Source: Lepidodermella squamata (Eukaryota > Animalia > Gastrotricha). From it: a stretch of DNA of 64,000 bases. Of the stretch, positions 60,171-64,000 are shown piece after piece. How positions within the stretch are numbered: the first letter of the stretch is position 1; the number at the start of each line of letters is the position of its first letter. The DNA lies in assembly GCA_047495785.1 (NCBI GenBank), contig JBLDXI010000017.1, positions 3,782,001 to 3,846,000 of the forward strand. The letters run 5' to 3'. A model generated the notes under the pieces. The model was not told the origin of the DNA and did not search any database. It was given only the letters and a program-made list of their open reading frames with translations. The position numbers and the translations under genes were made by a program.

Positions 60171-63100
60171 ATGAGCTTAATTGATGAAGTTCGTCGTCTT
60201 AATAAACATGTTATTAAGAAGAGTGATACTGTCGTCATTATGGGGAAGGAGTGTTGCGGAGATCTGCAGAAGTTCATCGACAGCTATCGGAAGAAAGTAG
60301 AGGAGGTTAGTGTTAAGTTGGTCCAGTTTCTCGCTTTAACAGCTTTTTGTTGTAGGAGGAGAAGCAGATCTATTCGCATCCCCAAGATCGAGTCAACCGC
60401 GATGACGGCAAGCTTATTGGAATTACTTATCGGTAAAAATGTTAATGCCCCTTTCGTCTTGGTATACATATATTTGAGTCTTATTAGTTGTGCTGCTTCC
60501 TATCGGTATGACAAAGTGATTACGCCTCGAACGCAATTGGGCTGCAAAGCCTTCATGCGGTTCACCTTGGTCGAGGCTGCGCAGGATTCTTTTGTCGCCA
60601 TCCGCAAGGGTCCTCAGCCCCACGACCACGGTGACGATTTCAACAACCAGGAGAGCGTGATGCGCCATCTTCGACACGATGAAGATACTCTCAAGGCTGT
60701 TGAAGATTTCGCCAACACGAAACTCTCTGCCGTTGAGGTTTCGATGAAGTCGTGTCGAACAGCCCTCAAGCGGAAACTCTCCTTGGCGGATCGTCGTAAG
60801 TGCTTGGACCAAGTAGACGTCTACAATTTCCGTCGAAGAGTGATGACGATGAAAGGAGCTCGGTTTGTAGCGGTCATTTTTACTGGATTATTTACTGTTT
60901 TATTACAATTTAATTTAGATTGCATAAAGTCGAGTTCAGTAGCGTCGAATTGTTGGTGGCTGAGGACCAAAAGAAGCCCCAAGAAGAGCAGCAGATCATT
61001 CACTATACCCCCGGCGATTCACCCACGGGCTTCGTCCTGGGTGTAATGACTCCGCTGCAACAGGCGCTCGTGGCTTCTAGCGAAATCCACGAAGTTGGGT
61101 TTCTTGACGCAACCTTCAAAGGTGTTACGAAACACAACTACGCCCTGTATGCGATCGCCGCAGTACAGAAGAAGGTGGAGAAGTCCCTCCCGATAGCCTA
61201 CGCCATTCTGGAGAAAGACGATGAAGTCTCACTGAGGAAGTTCCTCACGACTTTTCGTGATAAGTGCCAGAGCCTCAATCCGGCTTTTAAATTTCGGTAT
61301 GCATTTTGAAAGTAGTGAAAACGTTATCGTATTTCATTTTTGTAATATTTCCTAGAACTATGGTTATCGATAAAGACCAGAAGGAAATCAAGCTTCTCGA
61401 AGAAATTTTTGAGGGCTGCTGCGTTATGCTCTGCTATTTCCACGTACTTCAGGTTGCAATCTAAACTTTCTAGTGTTCAGAATATACTCAATCATACGTT
61501 ATTAGGCTGTAATACGTTGGCTTCACGGCGACACGTCAGGATGCGCCGGCCGGTCGGAGGAAGCAAAGGCGGAGCGGATTAGGGCGGTTCGTTTGGTGGA
61601 AAACATCAAGCGCTCCGATTCCTACGATGACGTATTATCGAAGTTTAACGAGGTTAGCGATGCCTTCTCACCAACTGTCCGCGACTATCTTTGGGAGCAT
61701 TGGGTCCAAGAGCGTTATGCTCGGCTTTGGTCGAACTACTCGTTGCGCAATTATCACCTCGACCAAAATACGAACAACATCATTGAAGTAAGCACTGCTA
61801 AATCCTTATGTTGAAAAATTAATGGCATAAACTTCCATAGAATTTTTGGTTCGTTCTGAAATACACATTCCTCAAGGTATGTTTGAAAATATGAAAATAA
61901 TTGATCTTAATTTTGAATCGTTTGTAGGGTTCTTACAACAGGCGTATCGATGATCTGTTATATCTGCTCACTAAGGACGTAATGTCTTATTATGCTCATA
62001 TCATGAGCCTCGCGGCCGCTGGTCGGAAAATTTTAAAGTTGCAGCACAAGCCTGAACAACTGGCGAAAAATCAGCGCAAAAACGATGCCTATTGCGCTTC
62101 AGTTGTCTGGCGCGACGACGGCGTTGTTGTGATGCCTACGTTCACTCCATGTCACGTTGCCGTTCAATACGAAGTTTATCCGGCGGAGCAGAAGTGCACA
62201 TGCATCAGCAGCCGCTACGGCAACATCTGTAAGCACCTCCATCTAGCCCACATGCTGAATCCTGCCAAGGTTTTATTGGCCTCTTTTGCGTTGAATATGG
62301 TCATATTTTTTCTTAATTAGGTCGCAAGTTATCGTGAGCATGTTGTGAAATGTATCATCGAAAAGGGCCTTTACGACAAGAATGGCGACAAGCTGATAGT
62401 TTTCAGCCCTTCTACTAATGCTATCAGCACTGTTGACCTCATTACGATGAGCTGTAACTGTATGGCATCAAGTTATGATTCGAAAAATGAGTTTTGCTGT
62501 TGCGTGCTGGCCGCTCGTCAAGTCTGTCCTGGTATACATTTATTTATTGCCAGTACTGAACTGTTTTATTTATTGCTATTATTTTCCTTCCAGTTGAAGC
62601 TGAAGCAGCTGATAATCTGCTTTCTTTGGCTCGTCAAAAAGCGCCGAAATTGAGCGAACAAATTGCCGTTTTTTCTAATAACGTGGTTGCTCCCGCATCG
62701 AAAATACCGGCCACAACGCGCAACGCGCACTTTTCTGGCCGGAAGCGCCCGGCCCCCGTTGACCCGGACGAGCCTGGCACGAGTGCTGATCCTCTTGCTG
62801 ATCACCGAGTGAAGAAATTCAGAAGCTCTAAAAGAGGAAGACAAACTCACAACGTGATGGCGAATTTCATACGCCAAAACTGTCCCTCCGATGTGCCTGC
62901 CGATGTCGCCGCGCGCCTTGCGTCAACGTCAAATGTACCGGAACCGGTTAGCACTCCCGCCTCGCGCCTTGTTGGCCTGAGTATTCCACGCCCGCCGCTC
63001 GCCGCTACCGGTCTGCCTGTTCCACGCCCGCCGCTCGCCGCTGCCAGTCAACCAGGTCTGAGTATACCACGTCCTCCGCTCGCAGGTGCTGGAATAGCAG

Positions 63101-63171
63101 TTGTTAGCCGTTCCGGTGTCGTGATTTTGCGCCCCCCAGGTGCTGCCAATCAAGACTCGGCTAGTAGCTAA
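60171..63171 (+). CDS. Mutator/MULE transposase with N-terminal WRKY/FAR1-type and SWIM zinc fingers, 836 aa, 10 exons (60171-60305, 60356-60432, 60488-60862, 60919-61296, 61356-61452, 61506-61787, 61841-61876, 61928-62269, 62321-62531, 62594-63171)
   Basis: YRC...GCKA...HDH; DDE triad LDATF / VIDKD / TNNIIE; LCYFHV (CxxH); SWIM CTC...CKH. Nine GT-AG introns are all phase-consistent, giving 2511 nt with no internal stop. Confidence 0.88.
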
Positions 63172-63786
63172 TAGCTCTTCTCTTAATCCTTTATGTGTTT
63201 ATTTAACATCCGGCTACTTATATCCGTATGTGTGCGCATTTTGCGCGATGAGTGCCACTTACACACTTATTCGCGATGACCGCGCAGAATTATTGCAATT
63301 ATGATATCTGGCTCAAGTAAAATGGCTCTCATGTCTCTTTCAGTTGCGATACTGTTTTTGGGTGTAAAATGTCTTTCCATTTTCCTGTATCATGCGTGGC
63401 GATTGCTTACTTTTGTGAACAAATTGCGGTTCAAGCCCGGTTATAGTGATAAATTGATCAATAATTACATTGTGATAACTTCAGTTAAAGAGTAATAAAT
63501 TTGCGGTTTTCTTGCATCCTTGTGTCATTCATTGTTCGAGGTCCTAGATAACAGCTGGTGTTTCAAAATCGACGTCGCTTTCGTACCACCCACTTGACAT
63601 GTCATGCGCGATACTTTTATCGGCGCTACCCGCTCCAGATAGCAGGTGTGCGTGGCCTACCGACAAAGGACCCTGACAGGTGCAATAACATGTCAATTTC
63701 AACAGGTCAAAATTCAGAGACAAGTTCATTAGTATCGCATTTATTTCACATTTCACATCTCACTCGACGCGCACGCTAGTTACATT

Positions 63787-64000
63787 ATGGCTGAACGTAG
63801 AAAGGACGTAGAATGTCCCGATATCATTGATTCGATCATGATTTTTCTTCCGCCGTTCAACGCCTTATTGCGCGGCTGGTCAACACTCGCCAGATTGACT
63901 TTCAAGTCAAATGCCCACACGAAAGCCGTGATTCGAGCGGCATATTCAGGCGACAATCGTTATTACGTGCTGCTTTACGCAATCCGGCAGGCCGAGAAGA
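63787..64000 (+). CDS. 5'-partial ORF with an F-box-like N-terminus, running off the window
   Basis: MAERRKDVECPDIIDSIMIFLPPFNALLRGWSTLARLTFK... open for 71 codons to the window edge. Confidence 0.4.
   Translation, partial: MAERRKDVECPDIIDSIMIFLPPFNALLRGWSTLARLTFKSNAHTKAVIRAAYSGDNRYYVLLYAIRQAEK

Overview
Eukaryotic (invertebrate-animal-like) genomic DNA with very short introns, mostly about 50-65 nt. The first ~19 kb is gene-dense. It holds a 2-exon COX7A-family gene (-), an SLC3/4F2hc-type heavy chain with an unexpected GPI-like C-terminal tail (+), a 4-exon orphan gene (+), a divergent 9-exon calmodulin-like gene (-) and a canonical 11-exon calmodulin (-). Between the two calmodulin genes is a near-canonical HDV-like self-cleaving ribozyme heading a ~450-nt hairpin-rich non-coding unit. 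From ~19.7 kb to the end the window is a nested transposon cluster: several LINE families, Ty3/gypsy and Penelope remnants, a tRNA-derived SINE, and MITEs with TTAA, 3-bp, 2-bp, 4-bp and 8-bp target duplications. It also contains a 1.86-kb palindrome whose spacer has been flipped, a complete pogo-type (DD35D) element encoding an open transposase fused to a Ulp1/SENP-like protease, and an intact 10-exon Mutator (MULE) transposase followed by the start of an F-box-like ORF. Exon models were built by hand from splice signals and reading-frame continuity. Family names come from remembered motifs, not database searches.
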